Shown here piece after piece: positions 8,912-17,151 of a stretch of 19,357 nt of DNA. The stretch is from NCBI GenBank assembly GCA_041586955.1, contig JBFGZE010000068.1:1-19357 (forward strand), written 5' to 3'. A program made the position numbers and the translations under genes. The DNA comes from Bacteriovoracaceae bacterium (lineage in GTDB: Bacteria > Bdellovibrionota > Bacteriovoracia > Bacteriovoracales > Bacteriovoracaceae). Within the stretch, counting starts at the first letter, position 1, and each line of letters starts with the position of its first letter. The notes under the pieces were generated by a model, which was not told the origin of the DNA, did not search any database, and worked only from the letters and a program-made list of their open reading frames with translations.

Positions 8912-11683
8912 CTAATCCTTTAAACTATTGAGACGCCCAGTAAAATAGGAGGCCACTCGCTCGGATTTTTGTTCTTTATAAAATTGTTCTAAAACTTGCA
9001 GGGTATTTCTATCGTCAGGTTTCGATTTTAATAAGTCTTTTTGAGACTTAATGGACTCATAATTAAAATTGGCGACATTAGTCGTTTCTAAGACGTTCAT
9101 TTTAATAAAAGAGCCATAATCAGGATTCTCAATCTCTAAATTGCTCATCACTTGAGTTTTTTCATCCTCATTAGTCATGGCGTTCAATTGTTCTTCTCTT
9201 AGTCGATTATAATCATCACGTACTTTTTCAAATGGTGCCGCCATTGTCGCAAGGTTAGCCTTGACTTGAACTAATGTTTCTTCAGGTAAATCACTTGGTA
9301 ATGGTGTGTTAACGATTTGATTGGCGAAATGATTATAGGCATTGCCCACGATATTTAAGAGATAAACTCGAGTAACAAGATCAGCTCCTTCTAAATATTC
9401 TTTTGCACCCTGGGCCAAACGTTCAATTGCCTTTGAGCGGCGTTGAAATAATCTTTTACTACGGCGCCCGTAAAATGAAATCTTTCTCTGTTTTTTGTCA
9501 AGATTTTGAACTTTTTCTAAAATTAATTTAGACCAAGCAGGGCCTATGGATTCTTTTTGTGAGAGCAATAATTTCTGAGTACTTTTTTTAGGGTTTGATA
9601 CTTCTAAACGATGAGCAATATCCAACTTAGTCGCCAAAGACCATGGTAAACTTAATAATTGATGATTAAAAAGGTTTGCCTCTGTAAAAGTGATCAAGAG
9701 CGCCTTTTCATATTTTTTATCTAAAGACTTTTCCCTTTTAATCTTACTTATTAATTTTTTCAATATTCGGTCACGATTTTTGAAATCATAATCTAATTCA
9801 AAAAGCAGGGATACTTTCAAATAGGTTTCAATACTTGATTTACGGTTGAGATTGAACTTTTCTTGTAATTTCGCAGCATCAGAAAAGCGCCCCATCAATT
9901 CATACTCACCCATCAAGGCCTTTTCGTCTTTGGACTTCTCCAATAATTGAATTAACTTGTTCTGATCCTTTAGTTTCACTGAAAGAACTTTGGCATTTTC
10001 ACAGGACTTAGCGCTATAAATACCTTCCATGCAATAACGAAAGAAAGTGTTTAAGGCTTCAGTCGATTCGCCCTGAGCTGCGGCCTTTTCAAAGTTGGCC
10101 TGTCTTGAAATCATAAGCATTTGCTTCATTTCTTTAGCTAATGATTTATCCGCGACCAAAGACTTGGAATTAGACCATAAGGCGACTTGCGCTATAATTC
10201 CATCAAAGTTTTTCTGAGCATTAAATATATCAAGGACCAAATTTTGCGACAGGATTGACCATTTATCGACCTTATCCATTGAGATCGCAGAATCGGCCAG
10301 GTTCTTAAATAAGGGTAAGGCCTTAGCATAATCTTTTTGACTATAATACTCACGGGCCGCAACGTAATTAAATTCTCTCTGCTCATCACTATCTTTTAAA
10401 ATTTTCGCAAGGGCCAAGGATTCTTCAATAATGATGGGCGATAATTTTTGTTTTTGTGCCAGCGATAAACGCGTTTGCCGTAATTTTCGGATTTCCTTAG
10501 GTGACACTCCTAAGGCCATATCCTCCGAAATCCAAATTTTCAAACGCTCTATTTTTTGTTGTGAGTTGCTTGTTACTTTAAGCCAACCCTCCTGCATTTT
10601 GCGGCGCATTTCATCATTGGGATAAAGCTTAAGAAATAAATCAATCGAACGCTTTAAATAAGGAACACTTTCACTATTATGTTGAACTTCTGAATCTAAT
10701 TGAACGATTAGGCGCTTCACAATCGCCTTCACCTCTTTTCTCTGCTCTTTATCCTTAGGTAAATTCGCAGAAGTCTGCTTTTCCAAAAAGCGCAGATGTT
10801 GGTCCACCTTATTCCAGCGGCGGAAACCATAATCTTCTTCTATCAAACGAACAGTAAAATAAAAATTAGGGGTTCTATTATTAATATGAGTTAAAGTATT
10901 GCCACCAGCAATTCTATTACCTGCAGCATAAAAAGCTTCGGCCAATGTTCGAATCAGATTCTGATCACCAATCTTTTTAGAGAGGGCCTCTATTTCTTTA
11001 AGTTCATTAATTCCATCAGTGGGTTTATTTGATAAAAAAAGAATAAAATCTCTTAGGGTTTGTTCGCGAATTTGTCCCTTTCCATCCCATAATGCCTGGC
11101 GAACCTCATTCACCGCTTCATCTAAGCGTGTATCTTTAAAGAGCAACCAGCCTCTTCTATAATGAGCATAATTACAAGAGTCAATCGTTGAACATAATCT
11201 AATCGCTGTTTGATAATAAGAATCTGCTTTTGTTGTTTCTGCCTTTTTTTCATGCCAATCCGCTAAACTAAAGGCCGACTCTCTTTTAAGGCGTTTAGGA
11301 CTGTCTTGATGGTCGTATATGTTTTTAAAAAAAACAATTGCCTTATCTTTTTCACCCAATTTATCTAATAAGCGGGCCATCTGGAATTGAATTTTTAATT
11401 TAGAAGCACCAACCGCTGGAGTCAGGCCCTCTTTTCCCTCTAATGAACTACGATAAAGATCCAGTGCCTTTTTTCTTTTAACGACAACAAGATCTCCTTT
11501 TTGTTCCTTAATAGAATCATTAAAATAAAGGTCTGCTAAACGTAGAGTAAGTTCTCCTCGCGCAGGGTCTCCAAAATCCAAGGATGCTCTTAGGGACTCT
11601 ATTTCCTGAATAAGGTATTCATCAGCAAAAACATATGGGCCATTAAGTAAGAGTAAACTTAAAAGAAAGACTGGTTTTTTCAT
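8912..11683 (-). CDS. Large periplasmic TPR protein, GltD/AgmU-like
   Basis: 923 aa, signal peptide, ELTLRLADLY, FQMARLL, YAHYRRGWLLF TPR motifs; TAATG overlap with the exbD-like gene. Confidence 0.8.
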   Translation of the reverse strand: MKKPVFLLSLLLLNGPYVFADEYLIQEIESLRASLDFGDPARGELTLRLADLYFNDSIKEQKGDLVVVKRKKALDLYRSSLEGKEGLTPAVGASKLKIQFQMARLLDKLGEKDKAIVFFKNIYDHQDSPKRLKRESAFSLADWHEKKAETTKADSYYQTAIRLCSTIDSCNYAHYRRGWLLFKDTRLDEAVNEVRQALWDGKGQIREQTLRDFILFLSNKPTDGINELKEIEALSKKIGDQNLIRTLAEAFYAAGNRIAGGNTLTHINNRTPNFYFTVRLIEEDYGFRRWNKVDQHLRFLEKQTSANLPKDKEQRKEVKAIVKRLIVQLDSEVQHNSESVPYLKRSIDLFLKLYPNDEMRRKMQEGWLKVTSNSQQKIERLKIWISEDMALGVSPKEIRKLRQTRLSLAQKQKLSPIIIEESLALAKILKDSDEQREFNYVAAREYYSQKDYAKALPLFKNLADSAISMDKVDKWSILSQNLVLDIFNAQKNFDGIIAQVALWSNSKSLVADKSLAKEMKQMLMISRQANFEKAAAQGESTEALNTFFRYCMEGIYSAKSCENAKVLSVKLKDQNKLIQLLEKSKDEKALMGEYELMGRFSDAAKLQEKFNLNRKSSIETYLKVSLLFELDYDFKNRDRILKKLISKIKREKSLDKKYEKALLITFTEANLFNHQLLSLPWSLATKLDIAHRLEVSNPKKSTQKLLLSQKESIGPAWSKLILEKVQNLDKKQRKISFYGRRSKRLFQRRSKAIERLAQGAKEYLEGADLVTRVYLLNIVGNAYNHFANQIVNTPLPSDLPEETLVQVKANLATMAAPFEKVRDDYNRLREEQLNAMTNEDEKTQVMSNLEIENPDYGSFIKMNVLETTNVANFNYESIKSQKDLLKSKPDDRNTLQVLEQFYKEQKSERVASYFTGRLNSLKD

Positions 11684-12201
11684 TATCTATTTCCTACCAC
11701 CGCCAATTGAATGGATTGAAACTGGCCACCTGTTAAAATACCCATAATTTGCGATACCACAGTACTTGAAACATCGCGGTCGGCCTGCATATTTATTTCG
11801 CCTGGAAATGGTTGGCCAGCATGAGATTCCGCCCACGCACTTTTAATTTTATTCAGCTTTTTTAAAAGTTTTTCAGGTCTACGGGCGACATTTTTAGTCT
11901 CACCGACCAAAACTTGGTCTAAGTATAAATTCCCATCTTTTGAAATCGCCAAAACAGGTGCTTCTTTAACAATTGATGGTGTCATCGAATTGGGAAGAGA
12001 GACCCCTTTAGTGATAAGAATTTCTGGAGAGCTTGAAAACGTTTGTAAAAGAAAGACCACCAACATACTGAACATATCAACCATCGAAGTCAGCATAAGG
12101 GCAAAAGCAGCGGCCTTCTTACCCCATGCCACTTTACGTTTACGATTAATGAGATGTTTTTCAAAGGCATCTGCTGCCACTAGGCTGTGGTTTAATATCA
12201 T
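11683..12201 (-). CDS. ExbD/TolR family protein (AglS-like)
   Basis: TM LMLTSMVDMFSMLVVFLL with conserved Asp; periplasmic INMQADRDVSSTVVSQIM. Confidence 0.9.
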   Translation of the reverse strand: MILNHSLVAADAFEKHLINRKRKVAWGKKAAAFALMLTSMVDMFSMLVVFLLQTFSSSPEILITKGVSLPNSMTPSIVKEAPVLAISKDGNLYLDQVLVGETKNVARRPEKLLKKLNKIKSAWAESHAGQPFPGEINMQADRDVSSTVVSQIMGILTGGQFQSIQLAVVGNR

Positions 12202-12684
12202 TTAGCGACTCCTCGAAGAAATAATGCCGATATTGACGATTTTGTTCTTCCGAAGAACATCTAGTGTCGATACCAAATCACCATAATTGACACCTGTTCT
12301 TGGAGTAACAGTCGCCGAGGCAACCTCAATGGCCTTATTTTTATAGCTTAAAATTTTAGACGTTAAATTGGTTTCAAGGTTGGCGAGAGCTTCCTCAAAG
12401 GTATTGGATTTAACATCCACTGCTTTGACTTTCTTTCCATTGCGTTTGAGATTAAGACGTATGGCCGTTGGAGAACGGAAAACGACATCAAGATCGTAAC
12501 TTATTTTTTTTGATGCAGCGGCTTCAGTACCGTGAGATTGCTTAATCTCCACCGAACCAATTTCGATCCACACCGCCGTCACTAATAGAAAACAAACGCA
12601 TGTTGAAAGTAAGTCAATAAAAGGAGTCAAGTTTAATTCTGCATTGAGTTCCTTCTTCTTACCTAATCCTATTTTCTTACTCAT
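12202..12684 (-). CDS. ExbD/TolR family protein (AglQ-like)
   Basis: ELNLTPFIDLLSTCVCFLL TM with conserved Asp; YGDLVSTLDVLR; SD GAGGT. Confidence 0.9.
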   Translation of the reverse strand: MSKKIGLGKKKELNAELNLTPFIDLLSTCVCFLLVTAVWIEIGSVEIKQSHGTEAAASKKISYDLDVVFRSPTAIRLNLKRNGKKVKAVDVKSNTFEEALANLETNLTSKILSYKNKAIEVASATVTPRTGVNYGDLVSTLDVLRKNKIVNIGIISSRSR

Positions 12685-12718
12685 TGATAAACCTCATGTC
12701 TAACATTTAGGATCAAGC

Positions 12719-13432
12719 TTAATTTCTGCTAATTACCGCATCAGTATGATCAGTACCAGTGGCGATAAAAGGAGCATCCGTCTCCTCTTTTTCGTTTTCA
12801 CTATAAAATAAAAAGTCATGGTAAAGCTCTGAAGCACCTTCAGTCACTTCAGTGACAATTGTTTCGGTTCTATTTTGAAAAACCGCATAAGCTACAAGTG
12901 CTGGAATGGCAGCGACAAGACCAAAGGCGGTTGAGTTAAGAGCTTCTGAAATCCCCTGGGAGAGAAGATTAGCTCTTTCTACAGGACTAGCAGCAGCAAC
13001 TCCTGCAAATGAACTAATCAAACCCGTTACTGTTCCGAGTAATCCAAAAAGCGTTGCAACGTTACCAAACATTGCTAAAAATCCTGTTCTTTTATCTAAC
13101 GAACTAATTTCCTTTGATAATTGTTCATCCATTCTTGCTTGAAGAGCTTCATCGCCCGCACCAATGGCGCGCATTTTACATCCAACATTGGCGACACGGC
13201 CAAGGCCTGTTGTTCCTGCGGTCATTTGAATATAATCTTGGGCCCCTTTAAAATCGCCTTTGGCAATAAAGGTCAAAATAGTTTTGCGAAAATCCTTCGG
13301 GACATTTTTATATTTGGCATACAAAACAATCGTTCTTTCCACGATGAGACCAATCGTTAAAAGGCCAAAAGCTAAAATGAAATACATGAAAAATCCGCCG
13401 GCGCGAAATTGTTCGATTAAACTCATAGACAT
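12719..13432 (-). CDS. MotA/TolQ/ExbB proton-channel protein (AglR-like)
   Basis: Three TMs; ATLFGLLGTVTGLI and GISEALNSTAFGL signature motifs; SD AGGAGG at 13440-13435. Confidence 0.93.
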   Translation of the reverse strand: MSMSLIEQFRAGGFFMYFILAFGLLTIGLIVERTIVLYAKYKNVPKDFRKTILTFIAKGDFKGAQDYIQMTAGTTGLGRVANVGCKMRAIGAGDEALQARMDEQLSKEISSLDKRTGFLAMFGNVATLFGLLGTVTGLISSFAGVAAASPVERANLLSQGISEALNSTAFGLVAAIPALVAYAVFQNRTETIVTEVTEGASELYHDFLFYSENEKEETDAPFIATGTDHTDAVISRN

Positions 13433-13665
13433 AACCTCCTGTTGGTCCCTAACGTCCTGTTGCTTAAATGCCCGGATAAATTGGACACAAATGTTTTATT
13501 AATCATACCGTGAAAAAGGAACTTTATCCTCGAAATGAAGCCTAAATGTAAGGAATTATTACAACACCTAAAAGGTCAAGTAATAATTAAATGCCTTACC
13601 TTGAGCAAGGCTTGAGCATTAGACTGACCAAAATCATCTTCTAAAAAGAGCATTGAGCTAAACGA

Positions 13666-13998
13666 TCAGCCCTTGACGATAAAACCTTTCTCCAAAAGGT
13701 AAGGCCGGAGTTTTTCCCGCTGGTCCCCTTGAATTTCGATCTGATTGTTTTTAAAACTACCGCCTGTGCCACAAAATGATTTGAGTGCCTTGCTCAGCTT
13801 TTTAAAATAAGGAGGGTTATTAGGTAGATTGTGGATAATAGTAACGGCCTTGCCGCCTCGCCCTTTCTTTTCCATCTGTAACTTCAAAGTTGTCTTGCCG
13901 GGATCAATATCAATGTACTGAACTTCTTTCTTTTTTTTCTTAGCAAGGTTAACCCCACTACCATCTGAGCTATAAATTATATCATCGTCATTAACCAT
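13666..13998 (-). CDS. yciH: Translation initiation factor SUI1/eIF1 family protein YciH
   Basis: EKKGRGGKAVT, LSKALKSFCGTGGSFK and IEIQGDQRE motifs; SD AGGGGG. Confidence 0.93.
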   Translation of the reverse strand: MVNDDDIIYSSDGSGVNLAKKKKKEVQYIDIDPGKTTLKLQMEKKGRGGKAVTIIHNLPNNPPYFKKLSKALKSFCGTGGSFKNNQIEIQGDQREKLRPYLLEKGFIVKG

Positions 13999-14598
13999 TA
14001 CGCCCCCTAAACCTGATGTTATCTAATACCAATAATAAGGATGGCAAGAAAAAGATTCCGTCACATATCCGACAGAGAAACTGAAAGTGCAGAAAAGGTC
14101 AAAGTCCTTATTTAAAGTAATGAGCTTTCTTCATCTTCACGCAAGGGAGGTAAAAAATCATCGTAACGAACATAGTCGCTAATAAGGATATACAGGAGTT
14201 AAACTTACCTTTCAAAAAATGAGCAAAGAGTATTTTATCGTCCGCCCCCGCGCCTCACGCCAACGCACAGAGCCACAAGTAATGACCCAGACCCCTTTAA
14301 AAAGGTTGGGCCGAGTAGAGCTTTATCTCAAATCCACCGTGATCATCGATTTAATAATTAAAGAAGGTCCATTTTTGACATATTTTTTTCATTTAGCGCT
14401 AACACATATAATAAAGTGGCCCTCACCCGGTACAAAAACCGATTTTTATCATTTTTCTTCCAGCGCAACTCCAGCCTAATTACAGGGGCTTAATTATTGT
14501 CATTGACCTTTTATAATAAAGAATTTAAGAACACCGCATTATGTTTTAGGTTATTAATGGTCTATGCTCAAAAAATTTAGTACAAAGGAGGCTGAATT

Positions 14599-14628
14599 AT
14601 TAATCACACTCAATTTGGCAAAACTTAA
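14599..14628 (+). CDS. Putative 9-codon AUU-initiated leader ORF (MNHTQFGKT) coupled to the helicase
   Basis: AGGAGG at 14586-14591, 7 nt, ATT 14599, TAA 14626-14628 overlapping the helicase ATG (TAATG). In-frame TGA at 14593-14595 bounds the frame. Confidence 0.5.
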   Translation: MNHTQFGKT

Positions 14629-16643
14629 TGGATACAACCACCAGCTTTAAGGATTTCGGCTTAAAAGAAAATCTACTTCACTCCCTCACAACAAATGGTT
14701 TCGAAAATGCTTCTCCTATCCAGGAGATGACAATCCCCCCAATTCTTGAAGGCAAGGATATTTTTGCTCAGGCGGAAACCGGCAGTGGCAAGACAGGATC
14801 TTTCGCTATTCCTATTATCGAATTATTATTACGCAATGGAGATCTAGATAAGAAAGAATCAACACCATCACTTTATGTGGTCTTAAGCCCCACCAGAGAG
14901 CTAGCGCAACAAACACATAAAGTATTTAATCAATTTGGCCTTCCTCTTGGTTTACGCTCCAGTTGTATTATTGGTGGCGAGAGCATGGACAAACAGAAAG
15001 AATCATTGACCAAAGGCGCTCATGTATTGATCGCCACCCCCGGCCGTCTTAAAGACTTCATCCGTCAAAGAGTTATTGATCTCAGTCAATGCCGCGGAGT
15101 TGTTTTTGATGAGGCCGATCGCTTATTTGATATGGGCTTTAAAAAGGAAATTGAAGGTATTCTAGCGACAGTCCCCAAGACCCGCCAATTAATCATGGTT
15201 TCCGCGACAAGTAACCTCGACGTCCTAAATACCGCTTATAAATTTCACTCCGACCCTCTTGAACTCAAGTTGAACGAAGATAGCTTACTTGTTGACCATA
15301 TCGACCATAAAGTGGCAATGATTTCCCAAGAAGAAAAAATGCCGCTCTTAGTGAGCTTATTGCGCAAGCAAGAAAATGCTTACGCCATTGTCTTTTGCAA
15401 CACTCAATTACAAACCCATTTGGTCGCAGAATGGTTGCGTAAGATGGACTTTAAGGCCAAACCCATTTCTGGCCGAATGCCTCAAAATAAAAGAACCCGC
15501 TTGATGGAAGAATTCCGCAGCAAAGTTGTCACGATACTCGTCTGTACTGATGTTGCCGCTCGTGGCCTAGACATCAAAGATATTAATTTTGTTGTCAATT
15601 ATGACCTTCCTCAAGACGCCGTTAATTATGTTCACCGTATAGGACGAACTGGGCGTGCTGGAAAATCAGGCCAGGCCATTAGTTTCTGTGCCTATGAAGA
15701 TTGCGAGCATTTCGATGGAATTAATGAACTCATTCAGATTCCAATTCCCAAACTTCATTTAACAGATGAAGACTTCGCCACCAATATATGCAAAAAGCCT
15801 TATCTTGACTTTAAGACCCTTCAAGTTGTGGAGCGTGATAATAGAGATCGCAAACCCAATAATAAAAATAAGGATCGCCAAGCTAGTCGGGATAATAGAG
15901 AAAGAAAACCTAGAGATAATCAACGAACTCAACGTTCTGAAATAAAGAAAACACCACAACCAAGGACAACTGAAACTATGAAAGCTGTTCAAATGACATC
16001 CGACACTCCTAAAGTCGATAGACGCTTTTTTGAAATCACCAGTACTCAACAAGCGAAGGCCGAAGAATTGGCCATCCAACATTTTGGCCTAAAAGACTCC
16101 GGCCTATTAGGTGTTGAGATCTTAGAAAAGGGGAAAAAGAAGTTTATTTTCTTTGGCCCAAGAAAAAATAAATACCGTTATTTTGTTAAACCGATTTATA
16201 AGAGAATCTTAACACCATTTCTTATTGAGCTCGTCAAAAAATCTCAATTAAACCTTAATTTTAGAGTCTCTTTTAAGGAGCCCTATATCCGTGTTAGCTT
16301 CAGTGGACGTGATGAAGGTCTTCTCTTAAAAAATAACAATGAATTGCTCTACTCCTTTGAGCATCTCATGCGAAAATACCTTAACCAAACAATTCGCATC
16401 CCACAGGGTGTGAAGTTCTCGGTTCGCTGTTATAAAAATTCAAAAAAACAAGAAAAGGACTTAATGGAGCTGATCAACCAAACTAAATCAAAGGTTGAAC
16501 GCGATAATAAGGCCGTTCTCCTAAAACCTTTAACGGCAGCAGATCGTCGAATAGTTCACCAATTTATCAGTGAAGATCCCAAATTCAAAACCACCTCCAT
16601 CGGAGATGGCCGTTTAAAGCGCATTGAAGTGTCATTAAAATAA
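14628..16643 (+). CDS. DEAD-box RNA helicase fused to a C-terminal Jag/KhpB(EloR)-like module (Jag_N, degenerate KH, R3H)
   Basis: Q motif (FKDFGL..SPIQ), AETGSGKT, PTRELA, TPGRL, DEAD, SAT, TDVAARGLDI, HRIGRTGRAG. Then an R/N/D-rich linker, Jag_N-like VEILEKGKKKFIFFG, and R3H LKPLTAADRRIVHQFI..TTSIGDG. Confidence 0.92.
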   Translation: MDTTTSFKDFGLKENLLHSLTTNGFENASPIQEMTIPPILEGKDIFAQAETGSGKTGSFAIPIIELLLRNGDLDKKESTPSLYVVLSPTRELAQQTHKVFNQFGLPLGLRSSCIIGGESMDKQKESLTKGAHVLIATPGRLKDFIRQRVIDLSQCRGVVFDEADRLFDMGFKKEIEGILATVPKTRQLIMVSATSNLDVLNTAYKFHSDPLELKLNEDSLLVDHIDHKVAMISQEEKMPLLVSLLRKQENAYAIVFCNTQLQTHLVAEWLRKMDFKAKPISGRMPQNKRTRLMEEFRSKVVTILVCTDVAARGLDIKDINFVVNYDLPQDAVNYVHRIGRTGRAGKSGQAISFCAYEDCEHFDGINELIQIPIPKLHLTDEDFATNICKKPYLDFKTLQVVERDNRDRKPNNKNKDRQASRDNRERKPRDNQRTQRSEIKKTPQPRTTETMKAVQMTSDTPKVDRRFFEITSTQQAKAEELAIQHFGLKDSGLLGVEILEKGKKKFIFFGPRKNKYRYFVKPIYKRILTPFLIELVKKSQLNLNFRVSFKEPYIRVSFSGRDEGLLLKNNNELLYSFEHLMRKYLNQTIRIPQGVKFSVRCYKNSKKQEKDLMELINQTKSKVERDNKAVLLKPLTAADRRIVHQFISEDPKFKTTSIGDGRLKRIEVSLK

Positions 16644-16650
16644 AGTCATC

Positions 16651-16682
16651 AAAAAAGGGCCATTTATTTGGCCCTTTTTTTT
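16651..16682. terminator. Bidirectional intrinsic terminator
   Basis: AAAAAAGGGCCA-TTTATT-TGGCCCTTTTTTTT between convergent genes. Confidence 0.9.
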
Positions 16683-16788
16683 GTATCAAGGATAGTCGCT
16701 CAAATGAAATATGCTTTTATTAAGTGAAATTATCTAATGTCAGGCTTTTGGCCCAAGATGTCGAAAAATATGAAGAGCACCGTAATGG

Positions 16789-16995
16789 TTATTTCTTTTC
16801 AATTAATAATGATTGAACCTTTTTAAGAAGACTTTGACAGGCATCTGCATCGAGACCGAAAAGCATATGACTTTTTTGTAACTCCTTAGCATTATCACCT
16901 TTTTCAGCAAAGGAGCGGATTCTATTATTGAGATTATTTCTTAACGTTCTCAATTTCTTAGGTGTCCAATCTTTTAAATCACTGAAATCTTTCAT
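16789..16995 (-). CDS. Small helical hypothetical protein (68 aa)
   Basis: SD AAGGA, protein-like composition (WTPKKLRTLRNNLNNRI), converges on the terminator. Confidence 0.75.
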   Translation of the reverse strand: MKDFSDLKDWTPKKLRTLRNNLNNRIRSFAEKGDNAKELQKSHMLFGLDADACQSLLKKVQSLLIEKK

Positions 16996-17016
16996 TCTAA
17001 TTCCTTATTTTATTGT

Positions 17017-17040
17017 AAAAAAGAGACTTTCGTCTCTCTC
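17017..17040 (-). terminator. Intrinsic terminator with GAAA tetraloop
   Basis: Minus strand GAGAGAGAC-GAAA-GTCTCTTTTTT, ~21 nt upstream of the 68-aa gene start. Confidence 0.7.
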
Positions 17041-17145
17041 ATTTATTAATTGAAAAAATACTGATCATTTCACCTTAAGTTCGCGAAGGGAAGAACCGCC
17101 ATAACTTTTAAATGTTAAGCACTTCTCCTCGCTTGAGCTTAGGGC
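17017..17145 (-). ncRNA. Candidate ~130-nt sRNA or attenuated leader
   Basis: Bounded by a TTGCCA-N18-TATGAT promoter and the GAAA terminator; the 5' ~75 nt form a long imperfect hairpin. No family recognised. Confidence 0.45.
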
Positions 17146-17151
17146 GGATTT

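Noticed and set aside
5477..13502. Short nested or antisense ORFs inside the operon (e.g. 6249-6527, 7985-8221, 8237-8566, 12906-13142, 13260-13502)
   Set aside because: They overlap well-supported genes entirely or largely, with no motifs or SDs.
14008..14043. AACCTGAT...TAATACC...AGG resembling the 3' half of a TPP riboswitch
   Set aside because: The 5' half would lie antisense within yciH, the P5 stem does not pair, and no thiamine gene follows.
14260..14276. ACGCACAGAGCCAC resembling part of a c-di-GMP-I riboswitch
   Set aside because: Lacks the GCAAA, GNRA tetraloop/receptor and P1-P3 architecture.
14219..14479. 86-aa plus-strand ORF
   Set aside because: No properly spaced SD, no recognisable motif, and it spans promoter-like and hairpin elements; probably spurious, though not excluded.
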